From the NCBI GenBank assembly GCA_009380105.1, contig WHSM01000001.1:1-52334 (forward strand): a DNA stretch of 52,334 bases, given 5' to 3'. This document shows, in pieces, positions 51,941 through 52,334 of this stretch. The DNA comes from Micromonosporaceae bacterium. Its GTDB lineage: Bacteria > Actinomycetota > Actinomycetes > Mycobacteriales > Micromonosporaceae. Within the stretch, counting starts at the first letter, position 1. Every line of letters begins with the position of its first letter. The position numbers and the translations under genes were made by a program. A model generated the notes under the pieces. It was not told the origin of the DNA. It saw only the letters and a list, made by a program, of their open reading frames with translations, and searched no databases.

Positions 51941-52334
51941 TCACACGGTGAGCGTGACGTGTGCCAGCCCAGTGCCCGCGATGACCAGCGAGATCCCGCC
52001 ACCCGGTCCGGTCGCCGCCGTGGCGAGCGCGTGCACGGCGCCTGGGACGCTCAGCGGTGGCGCCGTTGAGTTTCCGGTGGTCAGGTCCCAGATTCGGATG
52101 GCGCCGCCGCCGCCGGTGACGGCGACGGGTCTGCCGTCGAGGTGGGCGATCGCCACGGCGTTCACCCAGCCGGTGTGGCCGGTCAGTGGTTGGCGGTGGG
52201 GGCGGCCGGTGCTCAGGTCCCAGATTCGGATGGCGCCGCCGCCGTCGCCGGTGACGGCGACGGGTCTGCCGTCGAGGTGGGCGATCGCCACCGCCCGCAC
52301 CAAGCCCTCGTGGCCGGTCAGCGTTTCGCTGGCG
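51941..52334 (-). CDS. WD40-repeat protein, C-terminal part only (5' end lies beyond the window)
   Basis: Minus-strand frame is open to the window edge. Repeats LTGH(E/T)G(L/W)V(R/N)AVAIAHLDGRPVAVTG(D)GGGAIRIWDL(S/T)TG. Stop codon at 51941-51943. Confidence 0.8.
   Translation of the reverse strand, partial: ASETLTGHEGLVRAVAIAHLDGRPVAVTGDGGGAIRIWDLSTGRPHRQPLTGHTGWVNAVAIAHLDGRPVAVTGGGGAIRIWDLTTGNSTAPPLSVPGAVHALATAATGPGGGISLVIAGTGLAHVTLTV
52081..52334 (-). repeat. Near-identical tandem WD40-coding DNA repeats (~129-132 nt unit)
   Basis: 52081-52156 and 52213-52291 are identical apart from one extra codion-length insertion of 3 nt (gtc) and one base substitution. The rest of each unit differs only at a few clustered codons. 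Confidence 0.85.

Overview
GC-rich actinobacterial (Actinomycetota; genus not determinable by eye) core chromosome. Every convincing gene except the last is on the + strand. The window holds almost the whole ribosomal/transcription super-cluster: rplA | rplJ-rplL | rpoB-rpoC | rpsL-rpsG-fusA-tuf | the S10 operon (rpsJ to rpsQ) | the spc operon (rplN to rplO, then secY-adk-map) | infA-rpmJ | the alpha operon (rpsM-rpsK-rpsD-rpoA-rplQ) | truA. Accessory genes interrupt this backbone at operon boundaries. (1) A membrane-anchored, mycosin-like S8 protease with a long Pro/Gln-rich tail lies between rplA and rplJ. (2) A complete Mce lipid-transport locus lies between rplL and rpoB: Mkl ATPase, two YrbE permeases, only four MCE proteins, and two Mce-associated membrane proteins. 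(3) An MFS(DHA2)-TetR pair and two DUF4190-like membrane proteins lie between rpoC and rpsL. (4) A DUF1707 protein lies between map and infA. (5) After truA come a frameshifted RibD_C/DHFR-family gene, an XRE-DUF397 pair and, on the - strand, the 3' end of a WD40-repeat gene that runs off the window. I saw no rRNA, tRNA, CRISPR array, transposase or integrase. The most unusual observations are these. uL4 and bL17 both carry long C-terminal extensions that end in the same ~60-aa module. A 22-nt identical (26/27) element is shared by the long rpsL and rpsJ leaders. The Mce locus has four MCE genes and sits at the position where M. tuberculosis keeps only the orphan mkl. S12 natively carries Arg at the classical streptomycin-resistance position 88. 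All calls come from reading the sequence and ORF translations by eye; no database search or folding program was run. Start codons in this GC-rich DNA are often ambiguous by a few codons.
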